Source: a virus
IMG/VR virus record: IMGVR_UViG_3300020731_000015
Coordinates: 1-64,000 of that record
Direction: 5' to 3' (one strand)
Length of the DNA: 64,000 bases
Below the pieces are notes generated by a model. The model did not search any database, was not told where the DNA came from, and saw only the letters and a program-made list of their open reading frames with translations. This document shows, piece after piece, positions 1-10,356 of this stretch. Both the position numbers and the translations under genes were made by a program. How positions within the stretch are numbered: the first letter of the stretch is position 1; each line of letters opens with the position of its first letter.

Positions 1-3000
1 TTCCACGGCAATCAATACACCCTCGGTATGGGCGGAACAACACCAGACGGTCGTTCATATGAGAAGTTGGAAGCAAGGGCTAAGGAAATCGCTAAGGAAC
101 TCGGCTACGGCGATTATCCAAAGTTTGCTGAAAACCTCGTACGAGTCGCTGCCAATTCCAAAACCCTAGCGGATTACGCAGGAGTGACTGAATCTGGTCG
201 AGGACACCTCAAACTAGCCAATCTGGTCTTTGACCGTATTGGGAACAACGAACCACCAAAGGTTCTATCCCAGAGTGAGTTCGACAAATACCGAAGCAAA
301 CTCCCACCACTCTTTACCGGAATCTCTACGCACCGTTCACCAGCCGAAGACAAGATTGCCGACTTCGCCTATGGCAAGGGAGTCAAAATCGGGGCGGGTG
401 CTTTTGGTCGCGCTTGGTATTCGACCACCAACGCCGAGAACGCCCAATACTACGCTTCATCAGCCCACAATGGAGAAGTTGATGGGGGCGTTATGAAACT
501 CAAACTCCAAGCAGATTCCAAAGTCCTTGATTACAACAAGGCCGTAAAAGCCCTCAACAACGCAGAGAGTAAAAGCGCCGACATCCTCAAGAACATAGAT
601 GCCGTTGCTGAAATGCTTTCGGCGGGCAAGCCACAACTCAAGGACATAGCCGAGACAGCAGCACAAACGATTGTGGCTGGCGATGAAAACATACGTCTAG
701 CGATGATGGGCGTAGATGCCCTAACAGCCAAAGTAGAAGAGAACGGCAACTCCTATGTGATGATTCTCAACCGAGGCAAGTTAGTTATGAGCGACACCTA
801 CGACAAGGTATCGCCAAGCGGCCTAGAGTCAAAACCAATACCTGCCGAGCCAAGTGATGTAATCAAGGGCGATAAGCCCGGTCACGAGTTTCACGGGAAT
901 CAATGGGTAATTCACGGAACCGATGGGGCGATTCTTCAGCACCAACGAACCTTTAAGGAACTATGGGAAGCACGAGGGCAGTTCCAATGGAAAATCTATA
1001 GCCAAATCCGCGATAGGGCTAACGAATCAAGAGAAAGCAACCAGATGTCTTTTGAGGGAAATATAAAGATGCTGGTAGCGCACGACCTCACACAGAAACT
1101 AGGCACGAAGTTTGATGACCGCCTCGTTGATAGTGCAGAGGTTGACCAAGTAGGAACATTCAAGGAGTTTTTAGCAACTCTTGGCAAAAACGATTTTGTC
1201 AAAGTATCTAGCCCCGGAGAGTTTGGCGGCAAGACCTCATATGACGGATACATCACCCAAATAAAAACCGACTCATTTAGCAATAAAACGCCGGCACAGC
1301 AATACAAGGATTATGTAAAGGGTCTAAAGAACGGAACGAGCAGTCCGCTAGAGCCTATCTTCAGAGCAACCGACCCCGCCCTTACCGATGCCGTTAGACA
1401 AATGAGCGTATCTAGAATCCTCAACGAGTGGGCGCAAACATCAAACGATGGCAACCCAACCTCGCTCGCTATTCAGCAAGCCGTAGCCGACCAATTCGGG
1501 CTCGAGAACACGGCAAGTTGGAAAATGTTGCCAGAACTAAAGAAAGCCGTTTCTAGCGAATATGAGAAGAACGGTGACTTGTATCGTGCGCTCGCAAAAG
1601 CCCAATACAAGAACACCCAAGACACGCTCAAAAAAGAGGGAATCAAAGATGTCCAAGTCTTTCGTGGCTACAAGTTCGCTAAGGGCGAAGAACCAAAGTG
1701 GGCTAAGAAATACGGCCTAGCGAATGTCAGCACACGGCCACTTTCGTCATTCGCTTCAGACTTCGCACAAGCCGAGAAGTTCGCTTTCCAAGCACAAACG
1801 ATTTTTGTGCCGGGTGCGAAAGAAGAGTTCCAAAAAGAAGACCTTTCCAATATTCACGGTGCTGTTATCACGGGCATAGTTCCAGCCAACAAGGTATTCT
1901 CACTCCCCTCGACAGGATTCGGTTGCTACAAGGAAAACGAAGTCACATTGTTGGGCGATACCCAACAATGGCAAGTAATCACCTCACCCGACCAATGGAT
2001 GGAAGTCGCACCACGACCCAAAGACGAAGACTTCGAAAATATTACCGAGAACTCAATTATCAAGGGCGAATCGGCAGGACACCCGTTTCGAGGTAATCAA
2101 TGGGAAACAGGAGAGGGCGATTCACCAATCTCGTTTATCCAAAGGAACATCAAAGAGTTCTACGATGCGGGCGGAAAGATAACAGTTGTATCGGGCGATA
2201 GAACTTCCGCTATCCAAAAAGTCAATGACGAAATCACCAAACTAAAGAAAAAAGAATACGAGAGTATGCCGAAACGCCAACAGTTAGGTATAGACCTAAT
2301 GGGTGCGGCAGTTAAAGATGTAAAGGGGAAAATCTATGACGAAGACCCAGACATCAAGGAGTGTTATCTACTTGTTGCTAGAGACAAGGATAAGAACCTA
2401 GCGGCAGTAGTGAGCGTCAGCGTAAAGGAAACGGAAAAATACGGAAACTATGTTGATGTCGGCTATTTGGGCTCAACAGGGAAAGTGCCGGGCGCAGCAA
2501 CGGCTATAGAAGAGCAAATTGCACAAATCGCAAACGATAGAGGATTGCCAGTTCAATCCAAATACATACCTGACTCAAAGCCGTATCACCAACTATTAGG
2601 TCGGTCACTAGAACCCGACAACAAGTGGTCGAAGTGGAACGAAGAACAGGCCCGCCAAATTGCGGCCCTAGAAAATCCAAAGGCACGAGTTCTAAAGGGC
2701 GAATCAGAGGGGCATCAATTTCACGGAAACCAACGGACCACAGGCGAAGCCGGTCACGCCAACACCTCGGTTATGGAAGAGGGCGTAATAGGCGACCTAA
2801 CCAAACTCTTTGGCAAACCAGATGGTCGTATACTCGGCTCTATGACACAGATAGATAACGAAGACTGGCTCAAATACAACTCGTGGGATTTATACCGAGT
2901 AGGCAAACTCATAACCACCTTGCCAGACCTACTCTGGTCACTAGGGGTATCAAACGGCACAACCACCCAGCAACTCGACGCCGTAGAGAACTTTACTCAC

Positions 3001-3066
3001 CTACCAGTTTGGAACGCCGCGCCACAAACACTCAAAGACGAAGTATCTAACTTCCTAAAGGACTAG
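1..3066 (+). CDS. 5'-truncated tagged polyprotein: ART-like domain, R-S-E ADP-ribosyltransferase-like domain, GNAT-like domain, unknown C-terminal domain
   Basis: Frame is open from base 1 (FHGNQYTLGM...). GHxFxGNQ tags at 1-18 (partial), 865, 2062 and 2695 delimit the segments. Segment 1: GAGAFGRAWYSTT..AQYYA..GVDAL..YVMILNR. Segment 2: VFRG..LSSF..KENEV. Segment 3: YLGS..GAATA..PYHQLLG. Confidence 0.75.
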   Translation, partial: FHGNQYTLGMGGTTPDGRSYEKLEARAKEIAKELGYGDYPKFAENLVRVAANSKTLADYAGVTESGRGHLKLANLVFDRIGNNEPPKVLSQSEFDKYRSKLPPLFTGISTHRSPAEDKIADFAYGKGVKIGAGAFGRAWYSTTNAENAQYYASSAHNGEVDGGVMKLKLQADSKVLDYNKAVKALNNAESKSADILKNIDAVAEMLSAGKPQLKDIAETAAQTIVAGDENIRLAMMGVDALTAKVEENGNSYVMILNRGKLVMSDTYDKVSPSGLESKPIPAEPSDVIKGDKPGHEFHGNQWVIHGTDGAILQHQRTFKELWEARGQFQWKIYSQIRDRANESRESNQMSFEGNIKMLVAHDLTQKLGTKFDDRLVDSAEVDQVGTFKEFLATLGKNDFVKVSSPGEFGGKTSYDGYITQIKTDSFSNKTPAQQYKDYVKGLKNGTSSPLEPIFRATDPALTDAVRQMSVSRILNEWAQTSNDGNPTSLAIQQAVADQFGLENTASWKMLPELKKAVSSEYEKNGDLYRALAKAQYKNTQDTLKKEGIKDVQVFRGYKFAKGEEPKWAKKYGLANVSTRPLSSFASDFAQAEKFAFQAQTIFVPGAKEEFQKEDLSNIHGAVITGIVPANKVFSLPSTGFGCYKENEVTLLGDTQQWQVITSPDQWMEVAPRPKDEDFENITENSIIKGESAGHPFRGNQWETGEGDSPISFIQRNIKEFYDAGGKITVVSGDRTSAIQKVNDEITKLKKKEYESMPKRQQLGIDLMGAAVKDVKGKIYDEDPDIKECYLLVARDKDKNLAAVVSVSVKETEKYGNYVDVGYLGSTGKVPGAATAIEEQIAQIANDRGLPVQSKYIPDSKPYHQLLGRSLEPDNKWSKWNEEQARQIAALENPKARVLKGESEGHQFHGNQRTTGEAGHANTSVMEEGVIGDLTKLFGKPDGRILGSMTQIDNEDWLKYNSWDLYRVGKLITTLPDLLWSLGVSNGTTTQQLDAVENFTHLPVWNAAPQTLKDEVSNFLKD

Positions 3067-3073
3067 CCCAACT

Positions 3074-3574
3074 ATGGAAACCATAGAGCAAGCAATAGCC
3101 CTATGGCTACGAGTAATCAAAGGCGATACTCAAGGACACGAGTTTCGGGGCAACCAATACACAGAGGGGGGAGAACACACTTCCCAACCAGCCCAATACC
3201 TCGTATCGGCAATTAGCCGAGTTCTAGATAGATACAAGAAGAACGAAATCGGGGAAGAGGGCATAAAGCAATTCCTCGACAATCCCCAAACCCCCAAAGC
3301 AACGGCTATCGGCGTTCATAGGGGAATCATCTCGGCCCATAACCAAATCGCCAATCAAGTCATATTCGACGCCCCTCACAAAATCGCCGCTCAACGCCAC
3401 CAAGAAGCACTACTAGGGGCTCAACAAGTCATAAGGGCAATAGACACTAATCAACCAAAGGCCGCAATACAAAAATCCCTAGAGAACTATCTCTCCCTAG
3501 CCACCAAAGCAAACAAATCTTCCTATGAGGCAGATACCCTCTCACCCATAGAGGAAGACCTAACTAAACGCTAG
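3074..3574 (+). CDS. tagged putative head-cargo protein (W-leader plus GHEFRGNQY)
   Basis: METIEQAIALWLRVIK|GDTQGHEFRGNQY; helical His-containing remainder. Confidence 0.7.
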   Translation: METIEQAIALWLRVIKGDTQGHEFRGNQYTEGGEHTSQPAQYLVSAISRVLDRYKKNEIGEEGIKQFLDNPQTPKATAIGVHRGIISAHNQIANQVIFDAPHKIAAQRHQEALLGAQQVIRAIDTNQPKAAIQKSLENYLSLATKANKSSYEADTLSPIEEDLTKR

Positions 3575-3587
3575 TATCCTTATACCT

Positions 3588-3812
3588 ATGGATACAAAGA
3601 CCCAAGAACAACCAATCGCCTATACCAACAACGGAGTACTCCTATGCCTAAAGTGCGTAGAGCGCTTCGACCTCACTAATCCCCTAGAGCGAAACCCCGA
3701 AGATGAGTTTCTCCCTGTAGACAGAGAACTACTAAAGGCGAACGAAAGAATCTATGGGCGACCACTACGCTGCAACTCCCCTGTGTGCCAAGAGGCCATA
3801 GAAGCCTTATGA
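3588..3812 (+). CDS. small Cys-rich hypothetical protein
   Basis: CLKC...CNSPVC; stop overlaps the next start (ATGA). Confidence 0.55.
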   Translation: MDTKTQEQPIAYTNNGVLLCLKCVERFDLTNPLERNPEDEFLPVDRELLKANERIYGRPLRCNSPVCQEAIEAL

Positions 3813-4384
3813 CCGAGCAATACGACTTCCCAGAGCCAACCCCTATGGCAAAGAAAGCCGGGCGACCAGTCTTACTAAACGAAGACAAGATGAAAGCCAT
3901 AACGGATTTATTGGAGAGGGGCAATACCTATACCGCCTCGGCTAAGGCCGTAGGGATTAACCCAGCGACCCTTAGCCAATGGGTGCGCAAAGGCAAAGAA
4001 CTACAGATGTTATCTAGGGAGTTGGACACTACCGAACAACTATTCGTAGAGTTTTCTTTGGCAGTAGAAAAAGCAAGGGCAGTAGCAGAGGTAAGGGCAG
4101 TAGAGAAGATTAGACAAGCGGGCGATTCGTCTTGGCAAGCGGCGGCGTGGTATCTAGAACGAGCAAACCCTCAAGATTGGGGATTGGTGCGTAGGACAGA
4201 AATCACAGGGGCCGAGGGCGGGGCGATACAGATTGATGTGGAGTCGGTCAATCGCAAGTTAGAAGCCTTGATTGCGAATACGGTCATTGATGTAGAGGCC
4301 GTAGAGGCCTCGCTAGAGCCTCTAGAAAGCCCTACAGAGCCAGAGACACAGATAGACCCCCCATCTACCGATTTGGGCGAATAG
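3809..4384 (+). CDS. terS: terminase small subunit (HTH)
   Basis: GRP start, HTH (TASAKAVGINPATLSQW), WQAAAWYLERANPQDWG and EITGAEGGAIQI are typical of TerS; ATG at 3809 coupled to the upstream stop. Confidence 0.75.
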   Translation: MTEQYDFPEPTPMAKKAGRPVLLNEDKMKAITDLLERGNTYTASAKAVGINPATLSQWVRKGKELQMLSRELDTTEQLFVEFSLAVEKARAVAEVRAVEKIRQAGDSSWQAAAWYLERANPQDWGLVRRTEITGAEGGAIQIDVESVNRKLEALIANTVIDVEAVEASLEPLESPTEPETQIDPPSTDLGE

Positions 4385-4922
4385 AGGCCCCGGGTGGGCG
4401 TATAGGGGGGCGTAGGGGCGTGTGGGGTGCTTCGCCGTCAGTCCTCAACAACAATTCCTAGAATACTTGACAGGGGTTTAGTTATCTGCTAGGCGTGTGA
4501 CATACACGATGCCTGTGACACGGCAACGCGCGCTCGTCTTTCGTGGTCGGAGTGCTTAGGTGGCAGAAGACCCACCCCCGCCGATATTGCGGGTGGGGGG
4601 CCTATTTTCCACAGGGGGCATCCCACCCCACAATGGTTGACAAAGAATCCCTAACTACTAAACCCCCATACGCTACAAATTGTGGAGTGTTAAGACTGCA
4701 CTTTGGGGAGTGTGTATAGAGTGTGTATAGAGCGCACACACTCGCTACTTTGGAATCCGTGCACAAGCGCATACAGATAACGCTATCTGTGCACGGTTAG
4801 GTACAACGGCTACTTCTTGTAGTGGTTGTGGAGTTGGATAAGGGTATTTACAACGGCGCAGAGAGCGAGTAGGTAGGTCATACCCCTAGCGTGTCGCAAT
4901 ACCCCCAACGGCGCATACGCCC

Positions 4923-5387
4923 CTAGTCGGGTATAACCGTAAACCAATCATTCGGCAACGAGATGTGCGGGGCCATATCTTGCCAATCACCACGGTCTTT
5001 ACGCCCAGCCCAAATAACTTCTGGCTTTAGGTCTGGCGTGACCTCTAGGTAGATAACTACCGTCTTGCCACCTTTGGGATATGACTGAACTATGTAGAAC
5101 GGCTTACCCGATTCCTCGGAGAACTTCTTACCTGTGAGCCACTTAGAGAATGGGAATATCCAATCAGAGTAGAACCCTGTGCGTTCTTTCACCTCTAGCC
5201 ACGCTTCGATAGTTCGGTCGTTCTTTACTACGGCGAAATCTAACTCGTAGAAGATTGGGAGTTTCTTTAGCCCCACCGACTTCCACCCTTGCCGTGACCA
5301 ACCGAGGTGTCCGTTGAGAACACGGGCTAGGGCTATCTCGCCCTCTAGGTCTTGGGCTGCGGCGATTGTGTCATTACGGCGTGTCAT
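4923..5387 (-). CDS. PD-(D/E)XK nuclease-like protein
   Basis: LDFAV...WLEVKER motif. Confidence 0.55.
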   Translation of the reverse strand: MTRRNDTIAAAQDLEGEIALARVLNGHLGWSRQGWKSVGLKKLPIFYELDFAVVKNDRTIEAWLEVKERTGFYSDWIFPFSKWLTGKKFSEESGKPFYIVQSYPKGGKTVVIYLEVTPDLKPEVIWAGRKDRGDWQDMAPHISLPNDWFTVIPD

Positions 5388-5842
5388 TAGGGGTAGTCAA
5401 CTCTACTGCTCTTGGGTAGCCGAATCAAGAAAAGCCAAAAATAAAAAAATCGTTTTGAGAATCCCCCCAATTCCGGCGCACCCCCCTTAGAACCCCGCTT
5501 AGGTGACTGGGGTTTCCAAACTTCACTGTATAGTGAGAGGCCCCCGGGCTCAATAGGAACAGGCCCCCCTTGTTTCTCAAAGTAGTGGGGGCGGCATTTT
5601 TTTTACAAAGCGTGTGTGGAGATACTACACCCGTGTCTAGTTTGGAAAGGTAGTGCCAGATGGAATGCAAGATTTGTAATGGACCAGTAGTGCGTAATCG
5701 CTTCGTGGTGAAGAGTTGGACTCACGTTAATCCCATAGCGGACATCTCACACCGAGCCGTTCCAAAAGCGTTTGTCGTAGAGCGCGAAAAAGTGAGCGCC
5801 TAGCCCGACATAGGTAGTGGCGTTTAGCGTAGTATCTCTAGA

Positions 5843-6979
5843 GTGAAGTCTCTAATCCTCATAGGCGATGCTCGCAAACGCCTTACCGAAATCCCTAGTG
5901 GGTCGGTAAGAACTTGCGTGACTTCACCACCCTACTTTGGACTTAGGGATTACGGCACGGGTTCGTGGATTGGTGGCGATGAAGAGTGCGACCACAAGGT
6001 AGGCAGAGCCACTAGGGGCGGTCTATCGGGAAAGCAAGCGAGCAACTCTGGTTCCTTTGGTGATGAGGCCGTAGGGGAATGCCCTCATTGTGGGGCGAAG
6101 CGTGAAGACGAACAAATTGGTTTGGAAGATACGCCAGATGTTTATGTTGCAGCGATGGTTGAGTTGTTTCGTGAAGTTTGGAGAGTCCTTGCTGATGACG
6201 GAACTCTGTGGCTCAACATCGGAGACTCCTATGTGGGTGGCAAAGGGAAATCAAACCAAGAAGACCCAGAGAAGCAAGCCGAGAGAGTCGAGAGTGGCAA
6301 GAGTATCAATCAGGCCTATCACCAGATAGCGGGGCAAGGTAAGACTCGCCCAACTGATGACCGAGCCAAGATGCGTGAGGCTGGTCTAAAGCCTAAAGAC
6401 CTAATCGGTATCCCGTGGCGTTTGGCGTTTGCCCTACAAGCCGATGGTTGGTATTTGCGGTCGGACATTATTTGGGCCAAGCCCAACCCTATGCCAGAGA
6501 GCGTTCGTGACCGCCCGACTAAAAGCCACGAATACATTTTCCTACTAACCAAATCCCCCAAATACTTCTACGACCACGAAGCCATCAAGGAAGATGGTGT
6601 TATCCCTGCGGGAACGAAGTATGCCAAAGGTAGTGAGGAACGAGCCGCCCAACCGGGAGTCAATGCTCGCCCACCCGAATACAAAATTGCCGATGGCAAG
6701 AGGAACAAGCGAGATGTGTGGAACATCACCACCAAGCCGTTTAGGGGCGCGCACTTTGCGACTTTCCCAGAAGCCCTTGTAGAGCCTTGTGTCCTAGCCG
6801 GAAGCGAAGAGGGCGACACAATCCTTGACCCCTTTATTGGTTCGGGAACAGTAGCCGTAGTAGCCAATAGGTTTGGAAGAAACTTCGTGGGAACGGAACT
6901 AAATCCTGACTATGGTGAAATTGCCCGAAAGCGAATTATGGAAGCGGCCCCATTACTAAACGAAGTGGAGATTAGATGA
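5843..6979 (+). CDS. N4-cytosine/N6-adenine DNA methyltransferase (beta class)
   Basis: VTSPPY catalytic motif precedes the LDPFIGSGT SAM-binding motif; HFATFP. Confidence 0.92.
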   Translation: MKSLILIGDARKRLTEIPSGSVRTCVTSPPYFGLRDYGTGSWIGGDEECDHKVGRATRGGLSGKQASNSGSFGDEAVGECPHCGAKREDEQIGLEDTPDVYVAAMVELFREVWRVLADDGTLWLNIGDSYVGGKGKSNQEDPEKQAERVESGKSINQAYHQIAGQGKTRPTDDRAKMREAGLKPKDLIGIPWRLAFALQADGWYLRSDIIWAKPNPMPESVRDRPTKSHEYIFLLTKSPKYFYDHEAIKEDGVIPAGTKYAKGSEERAAQPGVNARPPEYKIADGKRNKRDVWNITTKPFRGAHFATFPEALVEPCVLAGSEEGDTILDPFIGSGTVAVVANRFGRNFVGTELNPDYGEIARKRIMEAAPLLNEVEIR

Positions 6980-7624
6980 CCAATCTTGACTGTCTCAACT
7001 GCGGAAAACCAATATCCCAAGCATACGCACCCCTAGATGGCTACTATTGGGTTCATCAGAACACCAACTCAACCGAGTGCCTAGTCGGGACAACCAAAGC
7101 AGAACCGAGGGAAAAATGAAATTAGTCAAAGAGTTTTCTGGCAAGAAGCGAGGGTATCGCTACGAGGGCTGGATAGAAGCAGCGATTGGCAACTTTGGAC
7201 TCGGCTTCAGCACCCATTCGTATCGAGGCAGGATTAGTCAAGGAACTAACCTCAATATTTCTTTTATCTTCCTAGACATACACATCGAGTTTTGGAAGCC
7301 ACGATGAGTGGCGATTTCTTTAAGGATTTCGACGACTTCGTTGATGAGAACGAAATCAAGGCAGACGAGATGGCTGCGGCTTTTGCGGCGTTCCTAAATA
7401 AAACGTCTGGCTGGGATGGAAAGTATGAGGAGGTGAAAAATGACGATTGATTTGATTGAGAAGACGGAACAAGTTGATGTGGAGACTTGCCACCACCAGT
7501 ATTGGAACCTTGTTCGACTGACTTGCTGTATGAGATGTGGCGAAACCCGATGATTTGGGCCGGAATCACTTTTTACACTCTCTCGGTTGTGTATCTTGAG
7601 TATCACACAATGAAAGAGTGGTGA

Positions 7625-7765
7625 ATGACACCGGCGGAACTCACGGAGATTAGAGAACGACACGCAAAGAAAGTCAATCAAACAAAAACTGGCTACTGCC
7701 GATTTTGTTATGATGATTTTCCCTGCGACGCAATCAAGTTATTACAAGTAGTAGAGGGAAACTAA
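7625..7765 (+). CDS. small protein of a paralogous H..CxxC..PCD family
   Basis: MTPAELTEIRERHAK..YCRFCYDDFPCDAIKLL; similar to 18238..18414; translationally coupled. Confidence 0.55.
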   Translation: MTPAELTEIRERHAKKVNQTKTGYCRFCYDDFPCDAIKLLQVVEGN

Positions 7766-8258
7766 TGACCTACGCACAAAGACAAGAGTTGAGACAGAAG
7801 TGTGAGGCGGCTTTCGCCAAGCACTCACCAGAGTCGGATACTTACCAATGGGCAAAAAGGGTTGTCAAAGTCCTTGACTACCTTGACACGATTGAGCCAG
7901 CCCCTAGTGCTGAAATACCTATCAACTGGTTGGGTGGGAAGTAATGGCTAGGCGTGGTTGGAAGCCCAATGTTTTGTTTTGTTAGAGAGCCGGGTTGTGA
8001 CGGTATTGACCGCCATAGTTATCGCCTTTCTAATTTTGTTGTTCTCCTATGCGACCCAAACCACGCCACTCAATACAACGACAACCACGACAACAACCAC
8101 TACGGTTCACCACACTCCCTTTGGCACAGAGCCAGAGGTTGAGAACGGCGACCACTAGAGCGCGGCGTAGTCGAGGATAAATCTAGTCATCTGGGTTTTT
8201 TAGGGCCTCGGCTACGCCAGCAACAAAATAAAAATTACGGGGTATTGTAAATATTCCT

Positions 8259-8381
8259 ATGACAGACATCCTCAACATTGACTTCACCAACGGCGCAGTA
8301 GCGAAGACCAAGGAGTTCACTCCTGAAGAGGCTCTCGCTTGCTCACTAGAGAACCCTGAATACTGCGAGGCTTGCCAGTAG
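8259..8381 (+). CDS. 40-aa peptide ending ACSLENPEYCEACQ
   Basis: Hand-translated ATG..TAG; C-terminus resembles the redox-active tail of class I RNR alpha subunits. Confidence 0.6.
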   Translation: MTDILNIDFTNGAVAKTKEFTPEEALACSLENPEYCEACQ

Positions 8382-9399
8382 TTATTGCGCCAGAGCGCAA
8401 TTTTTAGACCTCAAGGCCGAAGCGTATCTTTTATGGTACGCCCACGCCTATTCGGGTATTATTTGCTGATGATGCACAAAACAAACTTTAAGGTTGACCT
8501 TGAGGCAATCCGCAGGGAAACCGAAAAGTCAATGTCGCCAGAAGAACTCAAGTATGCGGACAACCTCTGGCAAGCGGCCCTCGATGTAATCGGTGGCGGG
8601 CGAAAAAGAAAATCTAACCGATAGCCTTGACGACAATACCCTACAAGGGTAGAGTGGTGAAATGACTATTGGAAAATACGCCGTCATTTTTGTACTCGGT
8701 TGGTTGACCGGCGCGGCCTCGGCCTTTATTGGGAAGAGGAAGTAATGAGCACGACACAGATGATTATCTCGTTGGTTTGTATCTGGGCTTTGGCTGGTAT
8801 GGCGATTACGAGTCGTCGCTAATGTCCATCACCAACCGACTTAGACGATTTGCGATTCGCCACCGAGCGCGCAAGGCTTCTATCCGTGCGTATCAAGACC
8901 GCCAAGAGTATCTCTACTCCCTTGAGGAAGCAATTGCCCGAAGCCTAAAATACAAAGGCTCTCGTGGCTAGATGCCAAACGACCTAACTTGCCCGATTTG
9001 TGGGGAAGCCCGGTCACTAGGCTCGGACTACTGCCCGACTTGTGGTGAAATAGATTTATGAGCGAAGGCATCAATCCAAATGAGTTGGAATACGCCGATA
9101 TCGTTGTTTCGCTATGGGCGATTGACGATGGTTTGGCGAAGATGGAACGCGCTCTACAAGGGATATCCGACTCTATCGAAGAGTTCCGCAAGAACCTAAA
9201 GGAAGACTGCTGAAGTGGCTCTACAGTTCTCTAATTGGCTCGTAGAACACGATGCGTATGTTGAGGGTGCGTTTGAGAAGCATTATGTCGTGGCTCACAA
9301 GGAAGACCACGCTCTTTCTATCGTTCGTTCCAAAGCCCCCAACCTTGATTGGGAAAGCGGCCGATTCACAATTCGTATCACTTGGCTAGGTGTGGTGAA

Positions 9400-10236
9400 G
9401 TGAGCGAGAAGCCACTCGTTCTTGTCCACCTACTCGCCAAGAACAAAGCAAAGACACTCTCGCTCTATTTGGAAACTATGGATGCGTGGGATTATCCCAA
9501 AGACCGAATCGTTCTCTATGTCAAGACGAACAATAACGAAGACGGCACGGGAGAACTGCTGAAAGACTGGCTAGAGCCTCGCCAAGCAAACTACAACCGT
9601 GTAATTTTCGAGGACAACGACATACCTCGCCCAATCAACGGCACGGCAAATCACGATTGGACAACCGAGCGACTCAATGTGTTGCGAGGGCTACGAGACA
9701 AGGGCTTGCGAGTAGCCACCGAGTATGGGTGCGATTTCTACTTCGTGAGTGATGTAGATAACTATTTGCTTCCCCAGACCCTTTCCAAACTAGTCGATGC
9801 TGATTTGCCCGTTATCGCCCCAATGCTTCACTTGGCGACAGACGGCACAGAGGTTTACGACAGCGACCATATAGCCTTGGCCGCCAACCCAGAGAACTAC
9901 TCAAACTTCGATATCAATGTTGTGGATACTGGTGATACTCGCAACGGCGAGTTCCAACACTTGTTTGAGTCACACTACTACCAAATCTTTAGGCGAGAAA
10001 CGACCGGAATCTTCCAAGTTCCGATTGTCCACTGCACCTACCTAATGCGCCGAGATGCTTTCACCAGAGCCTCGTTCCAAAATGGAGTTGATGGCTACGA
10101 CTACATAATCCTTGCCTACAACTTACGGACATCGGGAATCCCACAGTTCATAGACAACCGAGAGGTTTATGGGTGTCTCACTTTGGCGGAGAACGCCGAT
10201 GCTTGTAGGAAGTATTTAGAAGTTCACGCAAACTAA
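9400..10236 (+). CDS. GT-A fold glycosyltransferase (PLOD/procollagen galactosyltransferase-like)
   Basis: DYPKDRIVLYV..NNNEDGT, FVSDVDN (DxD), VIAPML, YSNF, VPIVHCTYL; GTG start at 9400. Confidence 0.75.
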   Translation: MSEKPLVLVHLLAKNKAKTLSLYLETMDAWDYPKDRIVLYVKTNNNEDGTGELLKDWLEPRQANYNRVIFEDNDIPRPINGTANHDWTTERLNVLRGLRDKGLRVATEYGCDFYFVSDVDNYLLPQTLSKLVDADLPVIAPMLHLATDGTEVYDSDHIALAANPENYSNFDINVVDTGDTRNGEFQHLFESHYYQIFRRETTGIFQVPIVHCTYLMRRDAFTRASFQNGVDGYDYIILAYNLRTSGIPQFIDNREVYGCLTLAENADACRKYLEVHAN

Positions 10237-10356
10237 CCCCTAGTTTCCAAACTAGGCGATAGCATTGACCCTATGAAGAACTTTATCCTTTTCGCAGAAG
10301 GCTTTGGGGTTGGCGTTGCGCTGATGCTCATTCTATCTTTCTTTCGCCACAGGTAA

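Noticed and set aside
8074-8105. ACA/ACC/ACG repeat as a regulatory microsatellite
   Set aside because: Explained by a poly-Thr stretch in a small membrane protein.
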